From an uncultured bacterium (GTDB taxonomy: Bacteria > CAYUVA01), in contig CAYUVA010000013.1 in assembly GCA_964448115.1 (NCBI GenBank), positions 8,351-72,350 on the forward strand: 64,000 nt of DNA, read 5' to 3'. The notes under the pieces were generated by a model. That model was not told the DNA's origin and made no database searches. It saw only the letters and a program-made list of their open reading frames with translations. Positions 48,692 to 58,675 of the stretch are shown in pieces. How positions within the stretch are numbered: position 1 is the first letter of the stretch; each line of letters begins with the position of its first letter. The translations under genes were made by a program, and so were the position numbers.

Positions 48692-49756
48692 TCACTCTGC
48701 CATTGAACTTTCCAGCATCCTGCTGAAAAAGACCCTGTCTTCAGCCACCGACTCGGCCTCTTCTCTGGTGATGAGTCCCCTTCTTACCAATGAAATAAGG
48801 GACTGATCCAGGGTCTGCATATTCGGCTGGGATTGCATTATCGAGGTAACCTGGATTATGTTGTTCTCCCTGATGCAGGTCATCACCGCATGGTTGACGA
48901 AGAGGAGTTCTACGGCGGCAATTCGACCTGCACCGTCAGCCCTGCGTAGCAGTTGTTGACTAACCACGCCCTTGAGTGAGATGGACAAAAGGATCCGTAC
49001 CTGTTGCTGTTCCTCTTCGGGGAAGACATCGATTAGTCTATCGATTGTCTTGGGTGCATTATTGGTATGCAGTGTTCCAAAGACCAGCATCCCGGCATCG
49101 ACAGCGGAGAGCGCTGACTTTATGGTCTCAAGGTCGCGTAACTCTCCGATAAGAAGCACATCGGTCGATTCCTTCTGGGCGAAATAGACCCCCTCGGCGA
49201 ATGAGCGAACATGGGTGCCGACCTCAAGCTGTGTAACCGTGCTAAGCTTGCCGTAGTGCACGTATTCAATTGGGTCTTCTATGGTCAGTATATGCTTTCG
49301 TTTGGTCTCATTGATCTCGTCTATTATGGTGGCTAAGGTTGTACTCTTGCCGCAACCAGTGGGTCCGGTGCATAAGATCAACCCCTTGTCCATCAGGGTG
49401 AACTTAAGCAGTTCTTCGGGCAGAGCGAGTTGCTGGATCTTGGGTATCTCCTTGGGTATTAGCCTGAAGACAGCGCATATACCTCGCCGCTGCATATATA
49501 CATTTACCCGGAATCGAGCCTTATCGCCAAGGCTATAGCCCAGGTCGAGATCCATCTTTTCCTCGAAGTGTTTCCTTTGTTTCTTATCCAGGATCTCGAA
49601 GATCATATCCTCCAGCTCGTAGTGGTGGAACGGTTTGATGCGCATCTGGTTTATCTCGCCATTTATACGAAATATTGGTGCTGAGCCGGAGTGCAAATGC
49701 AGATCTGATGCGCCGACACGAACCGCAAGCTCCAGTAAATCATCCAGTTTGTGCAC
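48692..49756 (-). CDS. pilT: PilT/PilU family ATPase (divergent)
   Basis: GASDLHL, RFRVN, GPTGCGKSTT, TIEDPIE, GELRD, TLHT; GTG start 3 nt after the upstream stop. Confidence 0.92.
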   Translation of the reverse strand: MHKLDDLLELAVRVGASDLHLHSGSAPIFRINGEINQMRIKPFHHYELEDMIFEILDKKQRKHFEEKMDLDLGYSLGDKARFRVNVYMQRRGICAVFRLIPKEIPKIQQLALPEELLKFTLMDKGLILCTGPTGCGKSTTLATIIDEINETKRKHILTIEDPIEYVHYGKLSTVTQLEVGTHVRSFAEGVYFAQKESTDVLLIGELRDLETIKSALSAVDAGMLVFGTLHTNNAPKTIDRLIDVFPEEEQQQVRILLSISLKGVVSQQLLRRADGAGRIAAVELLFVNHAVMTCIRENNIIQVTSIMQSQPNMQTLDQSLISLVRRGLITREEAESVAEDRVFFSRMLESSMAE

Positions 49757-49759
49757 CTA

Positions 49760-52543
49760 TCAATCCCTTTCTTGATCAACGAAAAGCTCGTCCAGCTCCT
49801 CATCCTTTAGGTATGACTCGAAGTCAGCCTTGGCGACCGAGCGCAGGTATGCCTCACCTCCGGATATGATCCCTTTTTTATACAGTTCGAGAAGCGCCTG
49901 ATCCATCGTCTGCATTCCAAGCTCGGTGCTGCTTTGGATAACCGAAGGGATCTGGTTTGCCTTATTGGAGCGTATAAGGTTAGCGATGGCAGGGGTTACC
50001 GACATCACCTCGCAGGCAGCGATCCTCCCCTTTCGATCCTTGCGCTTGACCAATTGCTGGCAGATCACACCTTTTATTAGATCCGAGAGTATGGTCCTTA
50101 TCTGTCGTTGTTGGGCTCCGGGATAGAAGTTGACCAGTCTTTCCACCGTATTGGCTGCATCTACTGTGCTCAGGGTTGCCAGCACCAAGTGCCCGGTCTC
50201 GGCGGCGGTTATTGCCCAATAAGCGGTCTCGAAGTCCTTGATCTCACCGACTAGTATGACATCGGGGTCTTCCCTGAGCGCAGCTCGCAAGGCTCCGGCA
50301 TAAGTGCTTGTATGCATACCGATCTGTCTTTGGCTTATAATAGATCTCCGATTGCGATGTATGATCTCGATAGGATTTTCCAGGATGATAATATTAGCCG
50401 ACCGCGTGGTGTTGATGATATCGACCATAGCCGCCAGTGTGGTGGTTTTCCCGCTGCGTCCGCTACCAGCGACTATTACCATACCCCTCGGTAATGAGGC
50501 AAAGCGTTTTATCAAGGGAGGTAATCCGAGTTCCTCCAGTGATGGGATACGATCCTGAAGCCTCCTGAAGGTCAAGCTGGTGCCATGCAGATGCCTTAAT
50601 CCGCTAATTAAATATCGCTCTCCCTTTCGGGATTCGTAAGCAAGCTCGATGAAATTGCGCTCCTTGAAGTTCGAAACCTGCTCTGGTGTAAGATTTTCCT
50701 CAAAAAATATATCCAAGAGCTTTCCACTGATGGTTGGACTTCCCATCTCGACCAGCTCCTCCTGGATGCGCATCTTGGGAACCTGCCCCTCAATGATGAA
50801 AACCTCGCTGGCGCCCTCCTTGTTAGCAGCGGTCAAGAGGCTGTCTATCCTTCCCATGCGCATTATAGTAGAGTCATGGGGATTGTTTTTATCATTAAGA
50901 AATTTCTCCGGGGTTATCTTTACTAGTATATCGAGGATCTCGGTCCTAAGCTCCTTATCTGGCGATTTGAGCGATGCCACCAGCGAAGGCGCAGCCTGCT
51001 CGGCGTGCTCCCACATCGCACCAATAGCCTTTACTATCTCCAGTTTCGTATGCCTTTTCTCGCTGATAAGGAATGTCTCCAGTAGCTTGACCGTCTCTGG
51101 CTCTCCGATCTGCCCCAGCGCCTTGGCAGCCACGCTTCTGAACTGCGGTTCATTTTTAAAAATATCCGAGAGCAACGCTATCGCATTACGATCTTTAAGC
51201 TTACCTAGCGCTTCTATTGCAAGCTCCCTGGTCAGCCAGTCGCCAGAATTGGCCAAGGGATACAACAGGTGTGAATATCGTTGACCATTAGCTGCCAGGA
51301 TAAGCTCGATGCCGTATCGTTTAAGGATCGCATCATTTTCGTTGAGCATCTTGGCAGCCACCTTGCTAAACTTATCCGGGGCGATATCGATGATGGTATG
51401 AATGAATCGATCGAGCGTAAGATAATCGAGCCTTCGGAAGTGCTCCAGCAACCTGTCCTCGAACATGGGGGCTTCAATCGCTTCCTGGAACTCGTTGGTG
51501 AGTTTTCTGATCTTCTCCGAGCTATTTGCCAGTATCTTGATGTACAAGCCGACAGGATCGATGCACTGCTTGAATAATAGGTTTCTGATCGAAGCCTTGA
51601 TGTCATTATGGAAGGTCTCATCATCCTCCCCCAGCTTGACCAGGAAATAAGGGATCACCGAGTCGTTGCCCACTACTCCCAGGGTTCTGATCGCCCGTTT
51701 TACAAGGTGTGGCTTGGGATCGTTCAGGTATCCGACCAGAAGCTCTACCGCGCCCGGTGCGCCCCAATATCCGAGCAGCTCCAGCGCTCTCTCTCTTATA
51801 TTCACCTCGCGGTCGTTGATGACTTTTTTTAGCAGGGCGAATCCCTCGGGCAGGGCGATCTTGCCCAGAGCCATCACTGCTGCATAGCGGACACTCCAGT
51901 TTTCATCATCCAGGGCTTTTCCGACTATATTTGCCGTGATGATGCTCTTGCTATGGGCAGCCAGGTTTACGGCGTGTATCTTCTCGTTTGTGTTGCCATT
52001 TTTTATGTGCGACTCAAGATAAGGCATCGTCTTTAGCACATCGAGCTTGAACATCACCTCGAGCATCAGCCTTTTTCCGCTCTCGTTTTGCTTCTCATAC
52101 TCGCGCAGTGCGTACTCAAAGATCTTTGGTGAGTTCATAAAGGCTAATAGCTTGCTAATCTCGGCAAGGTACTCTCCTTTGGTATGGAGTAGCAAGTTGA
52201 TCAGGCTCAAGCATAGGTTGCGAAGCCTTGCTCTGCTTAAGATTCTTTTTATCAGTTGGTACTCTGTGCGAGAGCCTTCGCGCACCTGTTTGGTTAATTC
52301 CTTGGCAGCATAGCTAGCATCTAGTTTACTCAGAAATAATCTTAATTCCTCGACTAGATCCTCCATGAATGCAGGCTCGGTATCTTGCAACTTTTGAGCT
52401 AGTATTGATATTAGCTTGGAAAAAGGTGGATCCGGGAACCTGAAGAATAGCTTCCTGAAGGCGAGTTTGCTTTCCTTTTCGCTCCAGTTTACCTCCAGGC
52501 AAGCTTTCTCAAACTGTTCATCCTTAGGGGTGCTTTTGAACAT
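49760..52543 (-). CDS. HEAT-repeat protein fused to a C-terminal PilT-type domain (second paralog)
   Basis: HEAT repeats (LDDENWSVRYAAVMALGKI), GSGRSGKTT, ALREDPD, AETGH, AIANLIR, GMQTMDQ. Confidence 0.92.
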   Translation of the reverse strand: MFKSTPKDEQFEKACLEVNWSEKESKLAFRKLFFRFPDPPFSKLISILAQKLQDTEPAFMEDLVEELRLFLSKLDASYAAKELTKQVREGSRTEYQLIKRILSRARLRNLCLSLINLLLHTKGEYLAEISKLLAFMNSPKIFEYALREYEKQNESGKRLMLEVMFKLDVLKTMPYLESHIKNGNTNEKIHAVNLAAHSKSIITANIVGKALDDENWSVRYAAVMALGKIALPEGFALLKKVINDREVNIRERALELLGYWGAPGAVELLVGYLNDPKPHLVKRAIRTLGVVGNDSVIPYFLVKLGEDDETFHNDIKASIRNLLFKQCIDPVGLYIKILANSSEKIRKLTNEFQEAIEAPMFEDRLLEHFRRLDYLTLDRFIHTIIDIAPDKFSKVAAKMLNENDAILKRYGIELILAANGQRYSHLLYPLANSGDWLTRELAIEALGKLKDRNAIALLSDIFKNEPQFRSVAAKALGQIGEPETVKLLETFLISEKRHTKLEIVKAIGAMWEHAEQAAPSLVASLKSPDKELRTEILDILVKITPEKFLNDKNNPHDSTIMRMGRIDSLLTAANKEGASEVFIIEGQVPKMRIQEELVEMGSPTISGKLLDIFFEENLTPEQVSNFKERNFIELAYESRKGERYLISGLRHLHGTSLTFRRLQDRIPSLEELGLPPLIKRFASLPRGMVIVAGSGRSGKTTTLAAMVDIINTTRSANIIILENPIEIIHRNRRSIISQRQIGMHTSTYAGALRAALREDPDVILVGEIKDFETAYWAITAAETGHLVLATLSTVDAANTVERLVNFYPGAQQRQIRTILSDLIKGVICQQLVKRKDRKGRIAACEVMSVTPAIANLIRSNKANQIPSVIQSSTELGMQTMDQALLELYKKGIISGGEAYLRSVAKADFESYLKDEELDELFVDQERD

Positions 52544-52635
52544 GCCCTCTTACTTAGCCAACTATTTTATATTAAATATAATTTCTCATCTCGTTTCAAT
52601 ATAACATTAACTCAGGACAATTTTCAAATATCATA

Positions 52636-52686
52636 AGGAGCAATCGATTTGCTCCTATTGACCATCGGAAGTGATAATGTTAAATA
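52636..52686 (+). promoter_or_regulatory. Inverted repeat next to a putative promoter
   Basis: AGGAGCAA-N5-TTGCTCCT immediately before TTGACC-17 bp-TAAATA, between divergent genes. Confidence 0.45.
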
Positions 52687-52719
52687 AGCGAAGATGTAAC
52701 TTAAATTGAGGATCTGTCT

Positions 52720-54741
52720 ATGATACCCAGCAATAAACGCTATGCTATTTTAACAATACTTCTTGTTGTTCTCTTGCCAGGCTCGATACCAGGTGTTCCG
52801 CTAAAAACCTGGCAGGAGCAACCGCTCAATATGCCCGGCGGTTGGCCGGATCTTTACCTTGATCCTAACGGAGACCTTCATGTCATTTGCGCAGATGGTT
52901 TCGGATGGCTTTATTATAAGAAGCTACTCCTCACCCAATGGGACGGAGAGGGCGCCATCCCCTTCGATGGTTCCATACCGGTTACACCGCCTAACGCCAA
53001 GTGCGATGTGATCTTCGGCTTGCCTCATATAGTGGCTGATTCAAAGGGAAATCCCCATATAGTCTGGGCTGCCTATGGCAGACCGCGGGTAGGTCCGGTC
53101 TATTATCAAACCCTGGTCGATGGGCAGTGGCTACCCGAGGCGGAGATCGTATCCCGTGGAGAAACTGACTGGATAGGCTTTCCAGAGATCGGAATAGACG
53201 CAAATGATCAGCTTTATGTGGTCGCCGAGCAGGTCTATGATAAAGACTATGATGGTTTCGGTTTTAATCAGATCATCTTCAAGTACAAGGACAAGGAAAG
53301 CGGCGATTGGTTACCGCCCGATGATAATCCCGGTGGCTTACAGATCACCAGGTTTTACTGGAATCCGCAGATCCCTGATATCGCAATCGATCCCATGGGA
53401 AACCTGCATGTCTGCTGGGAGCAACCATCCAATGAATATACAGAAATAGGTTATATATATTTCAATGGCTTTAGCTGGGACCCAATATCACTGATCGCCG
53501 ACTTTGACAAATGGTGCACAAGGTCGCGAATCCTTTGCGATGCTCATGGAGATCCTTATGTTGCTGCTACGGTGATGGAAAGACAGGGAGAGGATTATTG
53601 GTTCCTAAGCGGAATCGCTTACCTTGAGCGACATGATAACCAATGGGATGGAGTTATGTTCGGTAGAAATCACGGCAATACCAACGAGTTCCGAACCGGC
53701 TTTGCCATTAATGACAATGGTCTCTTGATCACCTGGCCTGACTATGGAGATGTGCAATACTGGTACAAGCGTTTCGATGAGCCTATCCATGAGAATATAG
53801 ATAGCTTCAGTCCATCCTCGAAACAGGCTTTCACCCTAAATAGCGTGGCAGCTGCCGGGGATGGGGAGGTCTTTTATGTGGTCTGGGAGGATAGTCGCGG
53901 GGGGTTATTTTACAATATGCTTTCCGAGATATCGACCTCTGCTCCCCGAATTATCGCTGGTGGTTATATGCAGACGCGCATCAAGTACGAAAGCGGCGGC
54001 GCCCTTGAGTTGGCTTGCATAGTTGATGACGATGTTGGACCTTATAACATCCAGTCGGTGGAGATATTATACGATGGCATCCCTACCGGCTTGATGCTTA
54101 CCGATAACACTCAATACGGCTTAGGCAAGGATTATCGCGATGGAATATGGCGATTCGAGATCCCGTTTATTCCCCCATGGACACCGTGGGGAGATTATCT
54201 TCTGGAGCTTCAGGCAACCAATCGCGATGGTCTAAAGAGCGAGATCTGGCCTTGGTGTCATATAGTCGCCGAGCAGAGTGCTCAACGGCAAGCCTTGAAT
54301 CTATGGGATCTGCCTGGAATAAAGACCTTGATGGAGTTCAACTGGGAGGCTGAGTTTCTTAGATCGGTCAATGGCGCGGCGGATCTTAACTCGACCTACG
54401 ATCGCTATGGACCTTTTGTGAGCCTGGCTGGCTACCTTACTGCAACCATTCCAGCAAGTGGTGGCGCTTTTTCGATGATCGCCGCCGCATCTGATGGAAA
54501 TGGCGCTGAAAACTTGTCAGGGGTTGAGCTTTGCTACGCGGGGAATACAACTGGAATATTCATGGAGGAGCTGCCGGTCGGCTTGGACTCGATGAGCAAG
54601 ATATATCGATTAGACTTGGAGTTAGGGCAAGCGCCAGCCGGCGATTACCTGCTCGAACTTATAGCATACGATGAAGATGGAAACCGAAGCCTCCTCTGGC
54701 CTTACCTGAACATCGCCTCAGAGGATACATTGGGATACTAA
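52720..54741 (+). CDS. Secreted beta-propeller-like protein with two repeated C-terminal domains
   Basis: Signal peptide; repeats PHIVADSKGNPHIVW / PDIAIDPMGNLHVCW; two ~100-aa domains ending in WPW and WPYL. Confidence 0.8.
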   Translation: MIPSNKRYAILTILLVVLLPGSIPGVPLKTWQEQPLNMPGGWPDLYLDPNGDLHVICADGFGWLYYKKLLLTQWDGEGAIPFDGSIPVTPPNAKCDVIFGLPHIVADSKGNPHIVWAAYGRPRVGPVYYQTLVDGQWLPEAEIVSRGETDWIGFPEIGIDANDQLYVVAEQVYDKDYDGFGFNQIIFKYKDKESGDWLPPDDNPGGLQITRFYWNPQIPDIAIDPMGNLHVCWEQPSNEYTEIGYIYFNGFSWDPISLIADFDKWCTRSRILCDAHGDPYVAATVMERQGEDYWFLSGIAYLERHDNQWDGVMFGRNHGNTNEFRTGFAINDNGLLITWPDYGDVQYWYKRFDEPIHENIDSFSPSSKQAFTLNSVAAAGDGEVFYVVWEDSRGGLFYNMLSEISTSAPRIIAGGYMQTRIKYESGGALELACIVDDDVGPYNIQSVEILYDGIPTGLMLTDNTQYGLGKDYRDGIWRFEIPFIPPWTPWGDYLLELQATNRDGLKSEIWPWCHIVAEQSAQRQALNLWDLPGIKTLMEFNWEAEFLRSVNGAADLNSTYDRYGPFVSLAGYLTATIPASGGAFSMIAAASDGNGAENLSGVELCYAGNTTGIFMEELPVGLDSMSKIYRLDLELGQAPAGDYLLELIAYDEDGNRSLLWPYLNIASEDTLGY

Positions 54742-54774
54742 GACCTTGTAGATATATTTTTCTTTCTGACTCGG

Positions 54775-57423
54775 TCATTGATTCTGGTTAGATCTTCTTA
54801 CAGTTATACTTTCGATGACAACGCTTGCGGTGGAGAAACGCGCCGAACGCACTCCATAACCACCATCCTCGATTATCCAATTATTTTCAGGGTCGTTGCA
54901 TGCGATAAAAGCGTGGCTGCTGCGAAATAGGTCTTTGTGGGGCATTGCACTGCCCATTTCGACCATAAACTCGCACAGTTCGGCGCTAAGGTTCATGGTT
55001 GCCTCGTCTTTTATGGCACCGAGGATAAGAATGCCAGGGGGAGCTGTTCGCAGCGTTTGCAGCATCCTGTCCGCCTCGGCTGCATCCATGTAGATGTCAA
55101 AGGAGTAACTATCGAGCACCCGAAGATTCGCCGGGTCAAATAATATGATGTTATACCCACGCTTGTTTGGTGAGTAATCAGTTCCATCGATAGCAATAAC
55201 ACTGTAGTTCCCGCTGTTCATGCCAGCGCTCACTACTTGGATGTCGTGCCTGGCTGCTGCTTGCTCGATGAACATTTGCAGCAGGTTGTTGGCTCTTGTG
55301 CACAGTCTTGCTGGTACGGTGATATCAATGCTATTCGTGCCTGGTTCAAGCTCGATCTTATCATGGTTTCTACCGTTGACCTTGACCATCATGTTTGGTG
55401 GTTCGAGGATGCTTATGGTTTTCAAATGGATCTCCAGGCTGACCTCTTGCCATTTGGTGTCAGGAAGGATGATGCTGAGCAGGTCGCTCACAATAATCGC
55501 TTCATGTACCCTACCTCCAATACCAATACGGATCGGTTGATGATTCTTGTGAACAAGAAATAGCTTCCTTAAATCAGCATCGCCACTTATCTCAAGGGGA
55601 TACTTCATACTTGAATAATTCAGGCGCGTCACAAGGTAGTCCTCATCGATGTAGATAACCCGCGCATCTGGATATGTTTTCTCCAGCAGATTAAAGACAA
55701 GACCCGCATTCTGCAAGAACCTGTGGTTCACGATCACATACTCCAAGCCCATGAATTCAGCCATCTTCTGCGCTGCATCGCTGATAATGCTCATATTGAT
55801 ATCGGGCGTATTATCCTTCACCTGAAGCTCAGCCAGAGTGCGCAAAAAGGGTATGGACTCGAAATAATCGAAGTGCTCCTCCGGGAGACGGGCAGAGAAA
55901 CCACTCGGCATCCTATGCTCATGGAACGCCTGATCATATATCAGAAGCGCATCCTTAAGGGGCTGAGTCAAGCCGATGCCCCGATGTCCGTCCCTTACGG
56001 TGAACGGAATAGTTAAAACAGCACCCTCTCCGCCCAATTCACCGAGAGCGCTTATGAAACGCGGGGGGCGAATGGAGGTGACCGCGTTCTGGTGATCATC
56101 GATATCCGCTAGATGAAAATATGACACCAGGAGCATAACCACAGCGAAAAGAGCCGACTTTGCACGCCTTCCATTGCCTGAAACCACGCGCTCCTGGATA
56201 CGCGATATCACCATCGATGCGAGAACGGCAATAGCAAGAAACACCATGACTATAAACCTGGAAGGACAGCGAAAATCCCCTAGAAGTGGGATATGATAAT
56301 AGAGCATGTAAGGCAAGGGGAGGAATAACTTGTGTTCTCCAAGGCTGAATAGATGGGTATTATTAACCTTGAGCACCGGACCTAGCGATAGTATAAAAAA
56401 GATCAGCAAGATAACCCTCCAGTACCTCGCCTTAGAGTTACCTCTAAGCATAATTACTGACAGAATCAGGCTCATTATGGGAAAGACTCCCAGATATATC
56501 CCCGGACGCGCCCCCATCGGCTTAGTGTCGATAAGCTCTAAAAAAGGCATCCAAACCTGTCGATTGAGCCATTTCTGATGATTCCATGGACGCAGAAAAT
56601 CGAGCAGGTCATTGCTATATAAGATCGCCTCCTCCATGCTGCCTCCAGCATGGTAATGAAACGACATTGCGCTTTGCTTATGCAGTTGATGTAAGGTCGG
56701 AAGCAACATAATAACCAGCAAAATCGCACCGGGAAGCATACCCTTGAAAAAGGCAACTATTGTCTCTTTTTTCAGTAATTTTTTGCAATCATGCAAGCTA
56801 TAAATCAATGCGTAGGTTATCATGATAATAAAATAGTTATGGCTGCTGTAAAAATCGATTGCAAAAGTAATCATTGCATAAAAGATATACTTAGGCTTCT
56901 TGTATGCAACAAAGCTGTGTAAAAATAAAATGAACAACGGCAGCCAGCAAAGGTGCAGTAAATTATAGTGCCCCCGCGCAGTGCTTTGAATGAACGAAGA
57001 TAGACCGTAAATCAATCCCCCCATAAAGGCTCCCCAGCGACTGGTGCATAATTGCTTGCACAATAAATAGGAGAAATAACAAGAAGCCAGCGATAAGATT
57101 ATGATCAGAAGATTCAGAGTAGTTTCGATGCTAATAAAAAAACCAAGTAAAAGATAAAATAACGAATTAAGGAATGAGTTGGTGTTGAAGACCAGCGAAG
57201 CGCCCAGCGGATGAAACATGTAGCCGCAAAACAGCGGATTTGTGCCTAGTTCAGTCAGCGCATACTTGAACCACCACAGATTCCAGGCAAAATTAGGCGC
57301 ATCGCCGTTAGTGAAGAAGATGCGACTGCCAAAATGGGGCAATAACGGATAATAAACCAGCAGACTGAAAAACAGGTAAGCAATCAGGACAAGCAAGTCT
57401 CTGGATATATTTTTGCTTCTCAC
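54775..57423 (-). CDS. YfhO/GT-C-like membrane protein with C-terminal ILEI/PANDER-like domain
   Basis: D..NFAWNLWW, FHPLG, LSLGP, FRCPSRF; C-terminal RGYNII..D...SFDIY..GAIKDEA..FRSSHAFI. Confidence 0.75.
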   Translation of the reverse strand: MRSKNISRDLLVLIAYLFFSLLVYYPLLPHFGSRIFFTNGDAPNFAWNLWWFKYALTELGTNPLFCGYMFHPLGASLVFNTNSFLNSLFYLLLGFFISIETTLNLLIIILSLASCYFSYLLCKQLCTSRWGAFMGGLIYGLSSFIQSTARGHYNLLHLCWLPLFILFLHSFVAYKKPKYIFYAMITFAIDFYSSHNYFIIMITYALIYSLHDCKKLLKKETIVAFFKGMLPGAILLVIMLLPTLHQLHKQSAMSFHYHAGGSMEEAILYSNDLLDFLRPWNHQKWLNRQVWMPFLELIDTKPMGARPGIYLGVFPIMSLILSVIMLRGNSKARYWRVILLIFFILSLGPVLKVNNTHLFSLGEHKLFLPLPYMLYYHIPLLGDFRCPSRFIVMVFLAIAVLASMVISRIQERVVSGNGRRAKSALFAVVMLLVSYFHLADIDDHQNAVTSIRPPRFISALGELGGEGAVLTIPFTVRDGHRGIGLTQPLKDALLIYDQAFHEHRMPSGFSARLPEEHFDYFESIPFLRTLAELQVKDNTPDINMSIISDAAQKMAEFMGLEYVIVNHRFLQNAGLVFNLLEKTYPDARVIYIDEDYLVTRLNYSSMKYPLEISGDADLRKLFLVHKNHQPIRIGIGGRVHEAIIVSDLLSIILPDTKWQEVSLEIHLKTISILEPPNMMVKVNGRNHDKIELEPGTNSIDITVPARLCTRANNLLQMFIEQAAARHDIQVVSAGMNSGNYSVIAIDGTDYSPNKRGYNIILFDPANLRVLDSYSFDIYMDAAEADRMLQTLRTAPPGILILGAIKDEATMNLSAELCEFMVEMGSAMPHKDLFRSSHAFIACNDPENNWIIEDGGYGVRSARFSTASVVIESITVRRSNQNQ

Positions 57424-57445
57424 CGCTTGCCTTGTTATCGCCTGG

Positions 57446-58546
57446 TTAATTTAGCTTCTCGGTCAGTATGGCAGCTATGCGTTGCGCAGCCTTCCCGTCG
57501 CCGTAGGGATTGCAGTGGCAGATCATAGAATCATAACGCTCCTTATCATCAAGCAACCTGAGCGATTCAGCGACTATCTTAGCTTTATCGGTTCCCACCA
57601 GCGTTGCCAGTCCTGCCTCGATGCCCTCCTGCCTCTCTGTCTTTTGGCGCATGACCAGAACCGGCTTCCTGAGGGTCGGGGCTTCCTCCTGGATGCCACC
57701 GCTATCGGTGAGGATAAAAATCGATGACCTCATAAGATTGACCATGGTGAGGTAATCGACCGGCTTGGGGAGAAAGACATTGTCGATACCGGCTAGTACC
57801 CGCCGTACCGGCTCATCGACTCGCGGATTGAGGTGCACCGGATAGATGAACTGAATGCCAGGCTTAGCCTGCGCAAGCTCCTTTATTGCCAGGCATAATT
57901 GCTCGAAAGGCTCGCCGAAGGACTCGCGGCGATGAGCGGTGATCAGAATATACGGCTGGCTGATATCGAAACCACCAAGCGCCTCTGCATCCGGCTGCCA
58001 TGGAATGTTCAGTGCCATAAGTAGCGTATCAATGGCGGTATTGCCAGTTACCCAGACATTGCTCTTTATCCCTTCATTCTCCAGGTTTTTCTTTGCAAGC
58101 TCGGTCGGAGCAAAGTGATAATCGGCAAGTCCGCTGATAAGTCGCCGATTCATCTCCTCTGGATAAGGTGAATACTTGTCCCCGGTGCGTAGCCCCGCCT
58201 CGACATGAGCGACCGCTACCTGATTATAGTAGGCTGAGAGCGCTGCCGCAAAGCTGCTGGTAGTATCACCCTGTACGATAAGACATGTCGGCTTGGCAGC
58301 ATTTAATATCCCCTTGAAGCGTTCCAAGACTAAGGTGGTAATCGACTCTAGGGTCTGATCGTGTCTCATCACCCTCAGGTCAAAGTCCGGCTTTATGTCA
58401 AAGATGCTGAGCACCTGCCTGAGCATGGTTATGTGCTGGGAGGTAATGCAGACCTTCGGTTTGATTCCCCGCTCGGCAAATGCCTTGATCACCGGGATGA
58501 GCTTGAGGGCATCCGGCCTGGTGCCGCAGGTAACCATTATTTCCAT
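57446..58546 (-). CDS. wecB: UDP-N-acetylglucosamine 2-epimerase (non-hydrolysing)
   Basis: GTRPD, VQGDT, HVEAGLR, PEEMNR, HRRE, TDSGGIQEEAP, NPYGDG. Confidence 0.96.
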   Translation of the reverse strand: MEIMVTCGTRPDALKLIPVIKAFAERGIKPKVCITSQHITMLRQVLSIFDIKPDFDLRVMRHDQTLESITTLVLERFKGILNAAKPTCLIVQGDTTSSFAAALSAYYNQVAVAHVEAGLRTGDKYSPYPEEMNRRLISGLADYHFAPTELAKKNLENEGIKSNVWVTGNTAIDTLLMALNIPWQPDAEALGGFDISQPYILITAHRRESFGEPFEQLCLAIKELAQAKPGIQFIYPVHLNPRVDEPVRRVLAGIDNVFLPKPVDYLTMVNLMRSSIFILTDSGGIQEEAPTLRKPVLVMRQKTERQEGIEAGLATLVGTDKAKIVAESLRLLDDKERYDSMICHCNPYGDGKAAQRIAAILTEKLN

Positions 58547-58675
58547 GCCCCAACATTATCACGCAAAGGCATATAGAGTAAAGAAAGGGGCGTGAGCTGC
58601 AAAGTGCAAGGTGCGAGGCAATTTAACCACAAAGGCACTTATACCTTTGTGGTTTTCAACGATCCTCCTTGCTCC

